A DNA stretch of 64,000 nt, taken from contig CBDCSU010000006.1 of assembly GCA_965221775.1 (NCBI GenBank), forward strand, positions 32,001-96,000, in the 5' to 3' direction. This document shows positions 53,969 through 63,603 of the stretch, piece after piece. Each line of letters begins with the position of its first letter. The first letter of the stretch is position 1. Below the pieces are notes generated by a model. The model was not told where the DNA came from. It made no database searches and saw only the letters and a list, made by a program, of their open reading frames with translations. The translations under genes and the position numbers were made by a program. The DNA is from Candidatus Latescibacterota bacterium (GTDB lineage Bacteria; Latescibacterota; UBA2968; UBA8231).

Positions 53969-54922
53969 ATGGATCTCCCCGGACTCCGAGGCTCGTCGAG
54001 CCGCCGCCGGCTGCTCGCCCTGGCATGCGCCGCGGCCCTGGCGGCCGAGGCGGCGTGGTCCGCCGAGACGATCCCCCTGCAGCTGGTCCGCGCCCTGCCG
54101 GTGGAGGGCCTCGACAACGCCCACCCCTCGGGCCTGACGATCGTCGACGGCCAGCTCTACGCCGTCTCCGACCAGCACGACCACGCCGTCTGCCGCATCC
54201 GCCTGCACCCCGACCGCGCCGTCCTCGAGCCTCACGTCACCTTCAACGCCCCCTGGTCGGGCGCCTGGGTCCTCTCCCTCGACTTCGAGGGGATCGCCTA
54301 CAAGGACGGTTTCTTCTTCCTGGTGAGCGAGGCCATCCTGCGGGTGCTGCGGGTCCACGAGACCGGCACCGACCTGGCCTGGGTCACCCCCGGCGTCGAG
54401 AAGGAGGGCCTGGAGGCCGGGCTCTTCGGCGACCGGAAGGCCCGCCTCGAGGGCCTGGCCCTCCTCGGCGGGGGCCGCCTCCTGCTGGCCGCCGAGCGCG
54501 CCCCCCGGGGCCTGGTGGAGGTCGTCATCGCTCCCGGCGGCGGCGAGGCGGCGGTCTCCGCCCACGCCTTCGGCGAGTCCCTGCTGGAGCTGCCGGAACC
54601 GCTGGAGCCCGACTTCTCCGACCTGTTCTACGACGGCAAGGACCTCTACGCCCTGAGCCGCAACGCCGAGGCGGTGCTGCGCATCGAGTACGAGGCCGGC
54701 GAGCTGCGGGAGCTGGCCTTCTGGAGCTTCGGCGAGGTCACCGGCGCGCCGGAGTACCGATACCTGAACCAGCGCTCCGGCCGGGCCGAGGGTTTGTGCA
54801 TGGACGCCGAGCACGTGTACGTCGTGCTCGACAACAACGACCGCGGCCGGCAGACCGACCCCGGGGACACGCGCCCCCTGCTGTTCCTCTTCCGGCGGCC
54901 CCCTGCCGCGGCGGCGGACTAG
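53969..54922 (+). CDS. exported beta-propeller protein (SdiA-regulated / phytase-like esterase family)
   Basis: SRRRLL + hydrophobic leader (possibly Tat); PSGL, AVSD, DFEGI, LEGL, DFSDL, AEGL, LDNN repeats. Confidence 0.7.
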   Translation: MDLPGLRGSSSRRRLLALACAAALAAEAAWSAETIPLQLVRALPVEGLDNAHPSGLTIVDGQLYAVSDQHDHAVCRIRLHPDRAVLEPHVTFNAPWSGAWVLSLDFEGIAYKDGFFFLVSEAILRVLRVHETGTDLAWVTPGVEKEGLEAGLFGDRKARLEGLALLGGGRLLLAAERAPRGLVEVVIAPGGGEAAVSAHAFGESLLELPEPLEPDFSDLFYDGKDLYALSRNAEAVLRIEYEAGELRELAFWSFGEVTGAPEYRYLNQRSGRAEGLCMDAEHVYVVLDNNDRGRQTDPGDTRPLLFLFRRPPAAAAD

Positions 54923-55680
54923 GGGCCGAAGCCGCTGGGGCCCTCGAAGCCGGCCGCCTCCGTGCCCAGGCGCACGAAGGCCTCGGCGAACTCGCAGCCC
55001 TTCATCCAGGCCGTGGACTGGGCCTCCAGGGCGCGGTAGCGAGCCAGGGTCTCGTAGCGGTCGGGCAGGTCCGGCTGGGCCTTCAGGTGCTCCAGGGCCT
55101 CGCGCTTGCGGGCCTGCGCCGGGCCGATGTCGACGAACAGGTTGGGCAGGAAGCGGGCCACCGGCGCCGTGCCCAGGGTGGTCTCGTAGAACGCCACCTG
55201 GGGCGCCGGCGTGGGCGGCTCGTCGAGCTCGAGGCCGGGCCGGGAGCAGTAGCGGCTGGCCCAGACCACGGCGCGGGTCGTCTCCATGTGATCGGGGTGC
55301 AGGACGTCGTCGATCCAGTGGCTCAGCACCAGGTCGGGCCGGAAGCGGCGGAACAGGGTCAGCAGCTGCTGCCGGCGGTCCTCGTCGACGACGAGGGGGC
55401 TGTCGCCCCAGTCGAGGCACTCGATCTCGGCGCCGAGGACCTGCGCCGCCGCGCTCATCTCCCGTCCCCTCTCGGCTTTCACTTCCTCCATCGTCGGCGC
55501 CGGCTGCCGCGCCCACAGGGCGGGTGACTCGCACTTCTCCCCGTAGCTGAGGTCGTAGACGCGGACCTCGCTGCCCTTGTCCGTCAGCCGCGCGATGGTG
55601 CCCCCGGCGCGGGAGCAGAAGTCGGCGGCGTGGGCGCTGAAGACCAGCACCCGCCTTCCCTCTCGAATCATGTCGCTCAC
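54919..55680 (-). CDS. PIG-L family metalloenzyme, GalB (4-oxalomesaconate hydratase)-like
   Basis: SAHAADF..RAGG.IA, LSYGE..ES..LW, PD.VLSH, HPDH; as I recall it this matches the GalB subtype rather than the usual HPDD deacetylases. Confidence 0.75.
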   Translation of the reverse strand: MSDMIREGRRVLVFSAHAADFCSRAGGTIARLTDKGSEVRVYDLSYGEKCESPALWARQPAPTMEEVKAERGREMSAAAQVLGAEIECLDWGDSPLVVDEDRRQQLLTLFRRFRPDLVLSHWIDDVLHPDHMETTRAVVWASRYCSRPGLELDEPPTPAPQVAFYETTLGTAPVARFLPNLFVDIGPAQARKREALEHLKAQPDLPDRYETLARYRALEAQSTAWMKGCEFAEAFVRLGTEAAGFEGPSGFGP

Positions 55681-55860
55681 TCGTGCCTCCTCGGATGGCC
55701 TGCGGTCAGTGGAGCGGGAGATTCAAGTCTACCCGGCGGTGCCGATCAACGCCGGGCCTCGTACCGCCCTCCCATGGCACTCGGCCGGATGACACCTGGC
55801 GCCGTGCGGCGGCGATCCCTCTATCTTACCCGCTCACCCCGATCGATCCCAGGAGACCTC

Positions 55861-57090
55861 ATGCGCTTCGACCTGTTGCTGCGCGGCGGGCACGTCATCG
55901 ACCCGGCCAACGGCATCGACCAAGTCCGTGACGTGGCCGCCGCCGGGGGCCGCGTCGCCGCCGTGGACACCCGCATCCCGCCCGACCAGGCGGCTCGCGT
56001 CATCGACGTGAGCGGCCTCTACGTCACCCCCGGCCTGGTGGACATCCACGTCCACCTCTACGCCACCCCCGGCAACCCCCAGGGGTGGGCCGGCGACAAG
56101 AGCGTCCTGCCCGACGGCTTCAGCTTCCGCGCCGGCACGACGACCATGGTCGACACCGGATCGGCCGGGTACCGCAACCTCCCCGACTTCCGCAACCGGG
56201 TCCTCGACCGCTTCCAGACGCGCACCTACGCCCTCGTCAACATCGTCGGCCTGGGCATGACCATGATGCCGGCGGAGCAGAACGTCCACGACATGGACCC
56301 GGAGGCCTGCGCCGGCGTCGCCCGCGAGCACGAGGACGTGGTCGTGGGCCTGAAGTGCGCCCACTACATCCCCCCCGACTGGACCCAGGTGGACCGCGTC
56401 CTCGAGGCCGGCGAGCAGGCGGAGATGCCGGTCATGGTCGACTTCGGGTTCTTCAAGCGGGAGCGCCCGTACTACGAGCTCGTGGGGCGCAGGCTCAGGC
56501 CCGGGGACATCTCCACCCACGTCTACCGCGGTCCCGTGCCCTGCGTCGACGCCGAGGGACGGGTCCTGCCCTACCTGCCCGCCGCCCGCGAGCGGGGCGT
56601 GCTCTTCGACGTCGGCCACGGGGCCGGCAGCTTCTGCTTCCGCAACGCCGTGCCGTGCGTGGAGCAGGGCTTCTGGCCGGACTCGATCTCCACCGACCTG
56701 CACCACAGCAGCATGAACCTGGGCATGCTAGACATGCCGACGACGATGTCGAAGTTCCTCGTCCTGGGCATGCCCCTGGCCGACGTGGTGCGGCTGTCGA
56801 CGGTGGAGCCGGCCCGCGTCATCGGCCGGCCGGAGCACGGCACCCTGTCCGTGGGCGCCGCCGCCGACGTGGCCGTCCTGCGGCTGGAGGAGGGCCGCTT
56901 CGGCTACATGGACTCCTTCGACGGCCGGCTCGAGGGCGACCGCCGCCTGCTCTGCGAGCTCACCCTCAAGGACGGAGAGGTCGTCTGGGACTGGAACGCC
57001 CGCTCCGGCACCGACTACCGCGAGCTGCCGCCGACGTACGGGGTCCGCGACCAGGAAGAGCTGGTCATGCCCCCGGCGGCGAGTGCCTGA
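55861..57090 (+). CDS. amidohydrolase/deacetylase family metallohydrolase (dihydroorotase-like)
   Basis: ATG after AGGAGA; LLRGGHVIDPANG, PGLVDIHVH, GTTT.VD.GS.G, LRPGDI.TH, FDVGHG.GSF, ISTDLH. Confidence 0.9.
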   Translation: MRFDLLLRGGHVIDPANGIDQVRDVAAAGGRVAAVDTRIPPDQAARVIDVSGLYVTPGLVDIHVHLYATPGNPQGWAGDKSVLPDGFSFRAGTTTMVDTGSAGYRNLPDFRNRVLDRFQTRTYALVNIVGLGMTMMPAEQNVHDMDPEACAGVAREHEDVVVGLKCAHYIPPDWTQVDRVLEAGEQAEMPVMVDFGFFKRERPYYELVGRRLRPGDISTHVYRGPVPCVDAEGRVLPYLPAARERGVLFDVGHGAGSFCFRNAVPCVEQGFWPDSISTDLHHSSMNLGMLDMPTTMSKFLVLGMPLADVVRLSTVEPARVIGRPEHGTLSVGAAADVAVLRLEEGRFGYMDSFDGRLEGDRRLLCELTLKDGEVVWDWNARSGTDYRELPPTYGVRDQEELVMPPAASA

Positions 57091-57093
57091 GGC

Positions 57094-57999
57094 GTGGCCC
57101 ACCTCCTCGGCGCCCACGTGTCGATCGCCGGCGGACTGCACCGGGCCTTCGACCGGGCCCTGGAGGCCACCTGCGACGCCATGCAGGTCTTCAACAAGGC
57201 GAACCACCAGTGGGCGGCGCGCGACCTCGAGCCCGGGGGGCTGGAGCTCTGGTTCGAGGCGATGACGGAGACGGGCGTCCTGGTGGCCTGCTCCCACAAC
57301 AGCTACCTGATCAACCTGGCGACGCCCGATGCACAGCTGCGGGAGAAGTCGTGCCGGTCCTTCCGCGAGGAGGTGGAGCGCTGCCACGTGCTCGGTATCC
57401 CCAACCTCGTCTTCCACCCCGGGGCCCACCTCGGCTCGGGCGTCGACGCGGGGGTGGCGCGGATCGCCGAAGCCTGCAACCGCGTCTTCGACGAGTTGCC
57501 CGGCAGCGAGGTCGTCCTCTGCCTGGAGACGACCGCCGGGACCGGCACCCACCTGGGGGCCCGCTTCGAGGAACTGGCCGCGATCATCGACCGGGTGGAC
57601 AACCGGGCGATGATGGGCGTGTGCCTGGACACGTGCCACGTCTTCGCCGCCGGTTACGACCTGGCCGGCGCCGAGGGCTATGCGGGGATGATGGATCGAC
57701 TCGCGGAGACCGTCGGCCTGGAGAGGCTCAAGGTCCTGCACGTGAACGACAGCAAGACGCCCCTGGGCTCGCGGCGGGACCGCCACGAGCACATCGGCGC
57801 CGGCTGCATCGGTCTCCGGGGGTTCCGCAACGTCCTCGCCGACCCGCGCCTGCGCGGGCTGCCCATGATCCTGGAGACGCCGAAGGGGCCCGACCTGGCC
57901 GAGGACGTGATGAACCTCGGGACCCTGCGCCGCCTGGCGGGAGAGCGGACCGCAGCGGTCCGGGGGCCTCAGCCGGCGGCCTGCTCCAGGAGCTGGTAG
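57094..57999 (+). CDS. nfo: deoxyribonuclease IV (AP endonuclease)
   Basis: LGAHVSIAGG, H.SYLINLA, VFHPG, LETTAG.G, VCLDTCH.FAAGYD, H.NDSK..LGSRRDRHEHIG, ILETP. Confidence 0.95.
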   Translation: MAHLLGAHVSIAGGLHRAFDRALEATCDAMQVFNKANHQWAARDLEPGGLELWFEAMTETGVLVACSHNSYLINLATPDAQLREKSCRSFREEVERCHVLGIPNLVFHPGAHLGSGVDAGVARIAEACNRVFDELPGSEVVLCLETTAGTGTHLGARFEELAAIIDRVDNRAMMGVCLDTCHVFAAGYDLAGAEGYAGMMDRLAETVGLERLKVLHVNDSKTPLGSRRDRHEHIGAGCIGLRGFRNVLADPRLRGLPMILETPKGPDLAEDVMNLGTLRRLAGERTAAVRGPQPAACSRSW

Positions 58000-58811
58000 C
58001 GCTCGGGACCCCGCATCCGGCCGAGGGCGCGCTCCTTCAACTGGCGCACGCGCTCCCGCGTGAGACCCATGGACCCGCCGATCTGCTCGAGGGTCAGGGG
58101 TTCCTCCCCGTCGAGACCGTAATAGCAGCGCACGATGTAGCGCTCGCGGTCCTCGAGGGTGGCCAGCACGCCCTCGATCCGGGCCCGGCAGTCGCGCTCG
58201 GAGACGGCGTCGTCGGCCAGGTCGACGGACTCGTCGGGGATCGTGCTCAGCAGGTTGCGGTCGTCGCCCTCCTCGAAGGTGCGGTCGAGGGAGGTCTCGG
58301 GCCGCCCCTTCAGCATCGTCTCAAGGACCTCGGCCTCGGCCAGGCCCAGGTTCTCGGCGATCTCGGCCACCGTGACATCGCGCTGGTCGCCGCCGAGATG
58401 GTGAGTCGCCCGGTTGATGTCGCGCATCATGTTCTGGCGCGTCACCGGCACCCGCACCGTGCGCGTCTGATCCGTCAGGGTCTGCATGATCGACTGGCGG
58501 ATCCACCAGACGGCGTAGGAGATGAACTTGAAACCCCGCTCGCCGTCGAAGCGGTCCGCCGCCTTCATGAGGCCCATGTTGCCGGCGCTCACCAACTCGG
58601 CCATGGTGAGCCCGCGGTTCTGGTACTGGCGGGCCACGTCGACGACGAAGCGCAGGTTGGCCCGCACCAGCTCGTCGCGGGCCTCCATGTCCCCCCGGGT
58701 GATGCGCTCCGCCAGCTCGACCTCGCGCTCCCGCGACAGGGGCTGGGAGTCCTCGATGTCGTGGAAGTAGCGGCGCAGGACCTCGGCGTCGTCGTCGACG
58801 TGGATGACCAT
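57969..58811 (-). CDS. RNA polymerase sigma70 factor (RpoD/RpoS-like, no region 1.1)
   Basis: LSREREVELA, LVRANLRFVV.VA..Y, GN.GLMKAA.RFD..RGFKFISYAVWWIRQ, TLEQIG..MGLTRERVRQL. Confidence 0.95.
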   Translation of the reverse strand: MVIHVDDDAEVLRRYFHDIEDSQPLSREREVELAERITRGDMEARDELVRANLRFVVDVARQYQNRGLTMAELVSAGNMGLMKAADRFDGERGFKFISYAVWWIRQSIMQTLTDQTRTVRVPVTRQNMMRDINRATHHLGGDQRDVTVAEIAENLGLAEAEVLETMLKGRPETSLDRTFEEGDDRNLLSTIPDESVDLADDAVSERDCRARIEGVLATLEDRERYIVRCYYGLDGEEPLTLEQIGGSMGLTRERVRQLKERALGRMRGPERYQLLEQAAG

Positions 58812-58925
58812 GGGGTTCCTCGTGGGTTGCAGGAGACCGGTCTGTTCCCCCTCCCCGCCTCCCTGTCGCGGCCGAGAGCGGATTCACCAGAACATCCATA
58901 TACGCGTTGATCGCGCAACCGCCGG

Positions 58926-58964
58926 AAAGCAAACGACCTCCCCGGCGGGTGCGGGGGAGGTCGT
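58926..58964 (-). terminator. putative intrinsic terminator after the Gfo/Idh/MocA gene
   Basis: 11-bp stem ACGACCTCCCC/GGGGAGGTCGT followed on the minus strand by TTGCTTT. Confidence 0.55.
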
Positions 58965-59006
58965 CGGAGGGGCGGGCCGGAGTCGGGAGCGGACTTCGGG
59001 CGCCGG

Positions 59007-60173
59007 TCAGGCGCGGCCGAGACGCCGGTCCTCGACCTGCAGCCACTCCCCGTAGGGGCGCGGCATCTCCGCCGGCTCGCCGAGGCCGGCCGCCGCCCGC
59101 CAGGCCTCCAGGGGGTGGCCCCGGTCGGCCTGGGGCAGCTCCACCTCCCGGCGGTGGGCGCCGGACTCGAAGATCCCCATGAGGATCTCCATCACGTGGC
59201 GGCCCTCGATGCCGCTGCACTCGTGCTCGCGGCCCTCGTCGAGGGCGCGCACGTACTCGTCGGCGTAGTTGTAGTCGGCCTCGGTGGACGGGCCCTCCGG
59301 GTCGTAGTGATCGGGGACGATGCTCTCCAGGTGCTGCCACTCGACCCCGGAGCCGGGCACGTCGTGGGGCGCCGGCAGGAGCCAGGCGTTGCGCATCGTC
59401 CAGAACAGGCGGCCCTCCGAGCCGTACACCTCCAGGCAGTACCCGGTGGAGTCGACCACGGGGAAGCGGTGCTGCACGAGGACGCCGGTGAGGCCGTGGC
59501 CCTCGCAGGGATCGAAGCGCAGGTTGGCGGTCACGTGCTCGCCGGCGACGATGCCCATGCCCGAGGCCGCCGGGACCACGTCCTCGGGGGTGACCGGCCG
59601 GCCCGCGGTGAGGGCCGTGGCCTGCACCGACCGGCAGTGGCCGGCGAGGCCGATCATGTTGTTGAGCATGTGGGTGCCGATGTTCATCAGACCGTAGCCG
59701 GCGTAGTACCCCTTGCAGCTGCCGAGGAGGAACCGGAGGGCGCCGATGGCGCCCTCGTCGACGGCCTTCTTCACGGCGCGCATGGCCCCTCCCGTGCGCC
59801 CCTGGTGGTGGACGGCGATGCGCACCCCCTTCCCGGCGGCCCGGTCGATGACCCGGTCGGCCTCGTCCAGGGCCTGGCACATGGGCTTCTCCACGTCGAT
59901 GGAGACCCCGTGCTCGAGAACGCCCATGGACAGGGCGTAGTGGAACTCGGTGCCCGTGGGGATGGCGACGATGTCCGGGGCCTCCTGCTCGATCATGCGG
60001 TGGTAGTCGTCGTAGCGCGCCGACACACCCAGCTCCCCGCCGAGTTCCTCGAGCCGTTCCGGCACCAGGTCGCAGAGGGCCACGACTTCGGTCCGCGGAT
60101 GCTGGAAGTAGGCGCGTCCCGCGGCTCCGCCGCGGCCCCGGCACCCGAGAATGGCTACGCGATAGGTCTTCAT
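59007..60173 (-). CDS. Gfo/Idh/MocA family oxidoreductase
   Basis: ATG after GGGAGGAG; VAILGC.G.G, VALCD, PDIV.I.T...H, VEKPM, GTH. Confidence 0.9.
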   Translation of the reverse strand: MKTYRVAILGCRGRGGAAGRAYFQHPRTEVVALCDLVPERLEELGGELGVSARYDDYHRMIEQEAPDIVAIPTGTEFHYALSMGVLEHGVSIDVEKPMCQALDEADRVIDRAAGKGVRIAVHHQGRTGGAMRAVKKAVDEGAIGALRFLLGSCKGYYAGYGLMNIGTHMLNNMIGLAGHCRSVQATALTAGRPVTPEDVVPAASGMGIVAGEHVTANLRFDPCEGHGLTGVLVQHRFPVVDSTGYCLEVYGSEGRLFWTMRNAWLLPAPHDVPGSGVEWQHLESIVPDHYDPEGPSTEADYNYADEYVRALDEGREHECSGIEGRHVMEILMGIFESGAHRREVELPQADRGHPLEAWRAAAGLGEPAEMPRPYGEWLQVEDRRLGRA

Positions 60174-60187
60174 GCTCCTCCCCTCCT

Positions 60188-60925
60188 TCAGGAATCGAGA
60201 TCCTTCAACTGGGCCCGGCGCCAGTAGACCTTCAGCTTGGACTGCACCCATTCGACGGGCGTCAGGGTCAGCGCGTTGTACCCGCCCCAGGTCCACCGCA
60301 GCGGCCACGAGCGGCGCCGGATGAGCCGGCGGACCAGGCTCTGCCGCTGCGGTGTGACCAGGGAGAGGCGGTTGCTCAGCCGCGCGAGGGCGTGCTCGTA
60401 GGCGCCGGTGACGAGGTTGCGGGCGTGGCGGACGAGCTTCTCCGGCTGCGTCACCGTCACCCGCGGGCAGACCATGCCGCTCTCGCGGCGGACGAAGCGG
60501 CGGACCCACTCCTCCGGCACCTCGCCCTCGTGGCGCCGGGCCGCCTCGCGGATGGTCTCGGGGTTCATCACCGCATAGGTCCGGCAGATCAGCGGCCTCG
60601 CGGCGTAGATCGTGCAGCCGCGGTCAGGGCCCAGGAAGGGGCAGCGCCGGGGCCGCTCCTCGGTGAAGCTCAGCAGCTCGCGCTGCCGCTCCTCCGGGAA
60701 GTTCGAGCGGACGTGATCGACGATGTGGGCGTACTCGGCCCGGTAGAGGGGAAACATCGTCGCGTAGCCCTCCACCATCTCCTCCTCCGTGAGCTCGCAG
60801 CACTCCCCCGAGTTGGCGCAGCAGGTGGAGGGCACCTGCTCGTAGAGCGCCTCGAGCTCGCGCGCGAGGGTGTCGAGCTGATCGCGGGACAGATCCATGG
60901 CCGGCGGAGGAAGCGATTGGCTCAT
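60188..60925 (-). CDS. YkgJ-family cysteine-cluster (Zn/Fe-chelating) protein
   Basis: CCANSGECC and CPFL....GCTIY..RPLICRTY; start could be 60946, 60925 or 60898. Confidence 0.85.
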   Translation of the reverse strand: MSQSLPPPAMDLSRDQLDTLARELEALYEQVPSTCCANSGECCELTEEEMVEGYATMFPLYRAEYAHIVDHVRSNFPEERQRELLSFTEERPRRCPFLGPDRGCTIYAARPLICRTYAVMNPETIREAARRHEGEVPEEWVRRFVRRESGMVCPRVTVTQPEKLVRHARNLVTGAYEHALARLSNRLSLVTPQRQSLVRRLIRRRSWPLRWTWGGYNALTLTPVEWVQSKLKVYWRRAQLKDLDS

Positions 60926-60982
60926 CGGTCGATGAAGATGTCTCAAGGGCAGAGCCGGGGCAAACCCGGGCGCCGGTCTCGA

Positions 60983-62329
60983 TCAGCGCCGGCCGATCCC
61001 CAGACTCTCGAGCACCTGCCAGGCCCCGGCGCGGACGATCCCCTCGCTCTCGGGGGCGATCATGCGCACGCTCGGATAGACCTTGCAGGCCTGGTCGATC
61101 TCGTAGCCGCCGCGCTCGTACTCGTCGGCGGTGGGTACGTACCCGACGCAGCCGTTGGCGTATCCGCACAGCACCAGCGGCGCGGCGCACTCGCGTTCCA
61201 GGTCGATCTGGTAGCGGACGAAGATCTCGCCCTCCATCCCGAGCAGGGCGAGGGGGCCGATCCGCAGGCCGTGGATCTCGAAGGCCTGGCTCCCCGGGGG
61301 ACCGCCCCGGGCGGCCTCGGCGAGCCACTGCCGGGCCCAGTCCCGGTACGCCTCCGGGACCCGTCGGTCCCACGGGTCCGGACCAGCGCGGGTCACCGCC
61401 TCCTCCAGCTCGTCCATGGAGCGCCGGACCTCCTCCTCCATGGCCGCGGTCGGGGCGGTCAGGGGCAGGTCGAGACGGGCCTGGCTCCAGGCGATGCCGT
61501 CCCCTTCGAGTTCCGGGGCCCCGAGGGACGCGGCGGCGACGGCGGCGCCCAGCTCGGCGCCCAGGGACTCGACCGCGTCGAAGGAGCCATGGCCCCCGCG
61601 GGGATTGATGTCGGCGGCGGCGCCGTTGACGAAGACCGCCAGGGCGCCGGTGCGCTCCTCCACCGTGCGGCAGGCGGCCCCCGGGAAGTCGGCGCTGATC
61701 TCGTGGTTGGAGCCGGGGAGGACGACGGGATGACAGGCGTGCTGGAACAGGACGGCCCTGCGGGGGGCGCCGGAGCGCGCCTCGATTACCAGGACGTGCG
61801 CGTGGGAGGCCACCGGCCCGAGGGGATCCTCGCCGATGACGACCTCGCCCCTCCGGGCCTGCCGCCGGTTGATGCCGATGCGGACCGACGGACGGGCGTA
61901 TCGCAGGCGCGCCGGCCGAAGGCCCTCCGCGGCCCTCCCGGCGCAGCGCCCCACGCGCTCGCAGACCGCTTCCAGGTAGCCGGTGTCCACCTCCCCCATG
62001 CCGCGGAAGGGAATGGTCAGGGGGCCGGCGTGGGTGTGGCTGCAGCAGACGGTCACCGCTTCGGGGCGGATGGAAAGGGCGGAGCCCACCGCCGACACCA
62101 CCCGGGCCCGGATGCGTTCCGTCAGGCCGGGCGTGACGCCCACGAGGTCGAGGGCGACCAGGGCGGCGCCTCGGGCCCCTCGGCGGCCCGAACGCCAGAG
62201 GATCACCGAGGCGGCCAGCGGATCGTGGATCCCGGTGGCGCCCGAACGGCGTCCCCAGTAGCCGCCCATGTGGATCCCGGCCGGGGGCGTGATCTCCTCC
62301 CGCGCCCAGCCGGCGCACAGTCCCGTCAT
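60983..62329 (-). CDS. neutral/alkaline ceramidase N-terminal domain-like protein
   Basis: ITPP.G..MGGY..R, HDPL.A, CSHTHAGP, ACHPV, SADFPG, NGAAADINP, GE.F, GYANG..GY.P, GGYE; ATGA-coupled. Confidence 0.85.
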   Translation of the reverse strand: MTGLCAGWAREEITPPAGIHMGGYWGRRSGATGIHDPLAASVILWRSGRRGARGAALVALDLVGVTPGLTERIRARVVSAVGSALSIRPEAVTVCCSHTHAGPLTIPFRGMGEVDTGYLEAVCERVGRCAGRAAEGLRPARLRYARPSVRIGINRRQARRGEVVIGEDPLGPVASHAHVLVIEARSGAPRRAVLFQHACHPVVLPGSNHEISADFPGAACRTVEERTGALAVFVNGAAADINPRGGHGSFDAVESLGAELGAAVAAASLGAPELEGDGIAWSQARLDLPLTAPTAAMEEEVRRSMDELEEAVTRAGPDPWDRRVPEAYRDWARQWLAEAARGGPPGSQAFEIHGLRIGPLALLGMEGEIFVRYQIDLERECAAPLVLCGYANGCVGYVPTADEYERGGYEIDQACKVYPSVRMIAPESEGIVRAGAWQVLESLGIGRR

Positions 62330-62835
62330 CGCGCGCGCTCCCAGCCGGAGGGCAGCAGGATCAGGTCGACGCTGTCCGCCGCGGCGTCGAAGAGGGCCCG
62401 CAGATCCTCGCTCCGCAGCCGGATCGATGGAGGACGCGCGGGACTCCAGACCTGCGCGGCGTACAGCAGCAGGCCTTCGGAGAACAGCAACGCGGCCTCG
62501 GCCGTGGCCTCCGAGACCAGGTAGTGCTCCCAGTCGAAGGGGCCGGACTCGATGGCGGTGAAGGGATCGGCCCTGCGGTGGCGGCGCAGCCTGGCCGTCA
62601 GCCGCTGCCGCAGTGGAGCGCCGGCGCCAAGGGAGTCGGAGACGACCGGACACTGGCGCAGTACCGCGGCCCCGTGCTGGACCCGCAGCTGCCCCGCCGA
62701 CCGGTCCAGGAGGAGGTAGACCCGATCCGCCTCCATCAGCTGCAGCCACTCCCTCAGGGCCTCGTTGATGCGGCCGAGATCCTCGGAGGCCTGGACGCGC
62801 CCGGTGGAACTCCAACCGACGAGCGCCACCGCCAC
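62326..62835 (-). CDS. hypothetical protein resembling an L,D-transpeptidase domain lacking catalytic His/Cys
   Basis: Aligns by eye with the upstream LDT (see findings); start uncertain. Confidence 0.55.
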   Translation of the reverse strand: MAVALVGWSSTGRVQASEDLGRINEALREWLQLMEADRVYLLLDRSAGQLRVQHGAAVLRQCPVVSDSLGAGAPLRQRLTARLRRHRRADPFTAIESGPFDWEHYLVSEATAEAALLFSEGLLLYAAQVWSPARPPSIRLRSEDLRALFDAAADSVDLILLPSGWERAR

Positions 62836-62896
62836 GATGGCATGGAGGGACCGAAGCCGGGTCCCGCAGCGGAGGAGCGCTCCCCCGGGCGCGGAC

Positions 62897-63484
62897 TCAG
62901 AATACGTAGACCGGCCAGCCGGTCCGCACGCGCTCGAAGAGATGGCTCAGGTCCTCGTCGCCGACGCGGACGCATCCGTGGGTGATGCTCTTCCCCAGGT
63001 TCGTCTCGTACAGCGTCCCGTGGATCATGTAGTCGGGCAGGAAGTAGAGAGCGTAGCGGCCGAGAACGCCGCGCTGGAACCGGCGGAAGTCCTCCGGGAG
63101 GACCGGTATCTCCTCTCCCGACTCCAGGAAGTGCCACGGCGGTTTCGTCCACAGCGGGTCCTCCACCTTGCGCTGGATCTCGAATCGGCCCTTGGGCGTG
63201 GCGAAGACCCACTTCTGCCAGGGCTTGCGTCCCTCGAAGCGCCGGGCCGCGCCGGTGGAGCAGACCGCCCTGTGCTTCACCTGATGGACGGAGTCCCGCA
63301 GCACCAGGAGGTTGGCGCGCGTGTCGATCACCACGTAGGGCGTGGGCATGGGGCGGTGGGAAGCCACGCGGGCGAGGAGTTCCCGGTGCTCGCGGGCCGG
63401 ATCGGAGGGGGAATCCACCGCCGAGCCGCCGGGGGGTCCTCCCGCCTCGCCCTCGGACCGGGCGGCCCCCGGGGGTGCGGACAC
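62897..63484 (-). CDS. L,D-transpeptidase (YkuD family)
   Basis: CSTG, TPKGRF, P.W..P.W, YMIHGT...LGKSITHGCVR catalytic motif. An in-frame hydrophobic leader lies upstream of GTG 63484, so the start is uncertain. Confidence 0.9.
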   Translation of the reverse strand: MSAPPGAARSEGEAGGPPGGSAVDSPSDPAREHRELLARVASHRPMPTPYVVIDTRANLLVLRDSVHQVKHRAVCSTGAARRFEGRKPWQKWVFATPKGRFEIQRKVEDPLWTKPPWHFLESGEEIPVLPEDFRRFQRGVLGRYALYFLPDYMIHGTLYETNLGKSITHGCVRVGDEDLSHLFERVRTGWPVYVF

Positions 63485-63510
63485 GAGCAGGATCAGCGCG
63501 ACAGACGCAC

Positions 63511-63553
63511 AAAAAACAAGGACGGCCGGAGAGGATCGCCCTCTCCGGCCGTC
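63511..63553 (-). terminator. Rho-independent terminator
   Basis: Perfect 14-bp stem GACGGCCGGAGAGG/CCTCTCCGGCCGTC with a 5-nt loop, then CTTGTTTTTT on the minus strand. Confidence 0.8.
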
Positions 63554-63603
63554 GAGATGGAAAGCGCGGGATCCGCCGCGGACCCCGGTGTGGCCAGGCT
63601 GGA

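Noticed and set aside
51985-57999. Fpg and Nfo as a dedicated DNA-repair or defence island
   Set aside because: Ordinary housekeeping repair genes separated by unrelated metabolic genes; no nuclease, methylase or toxin partners.
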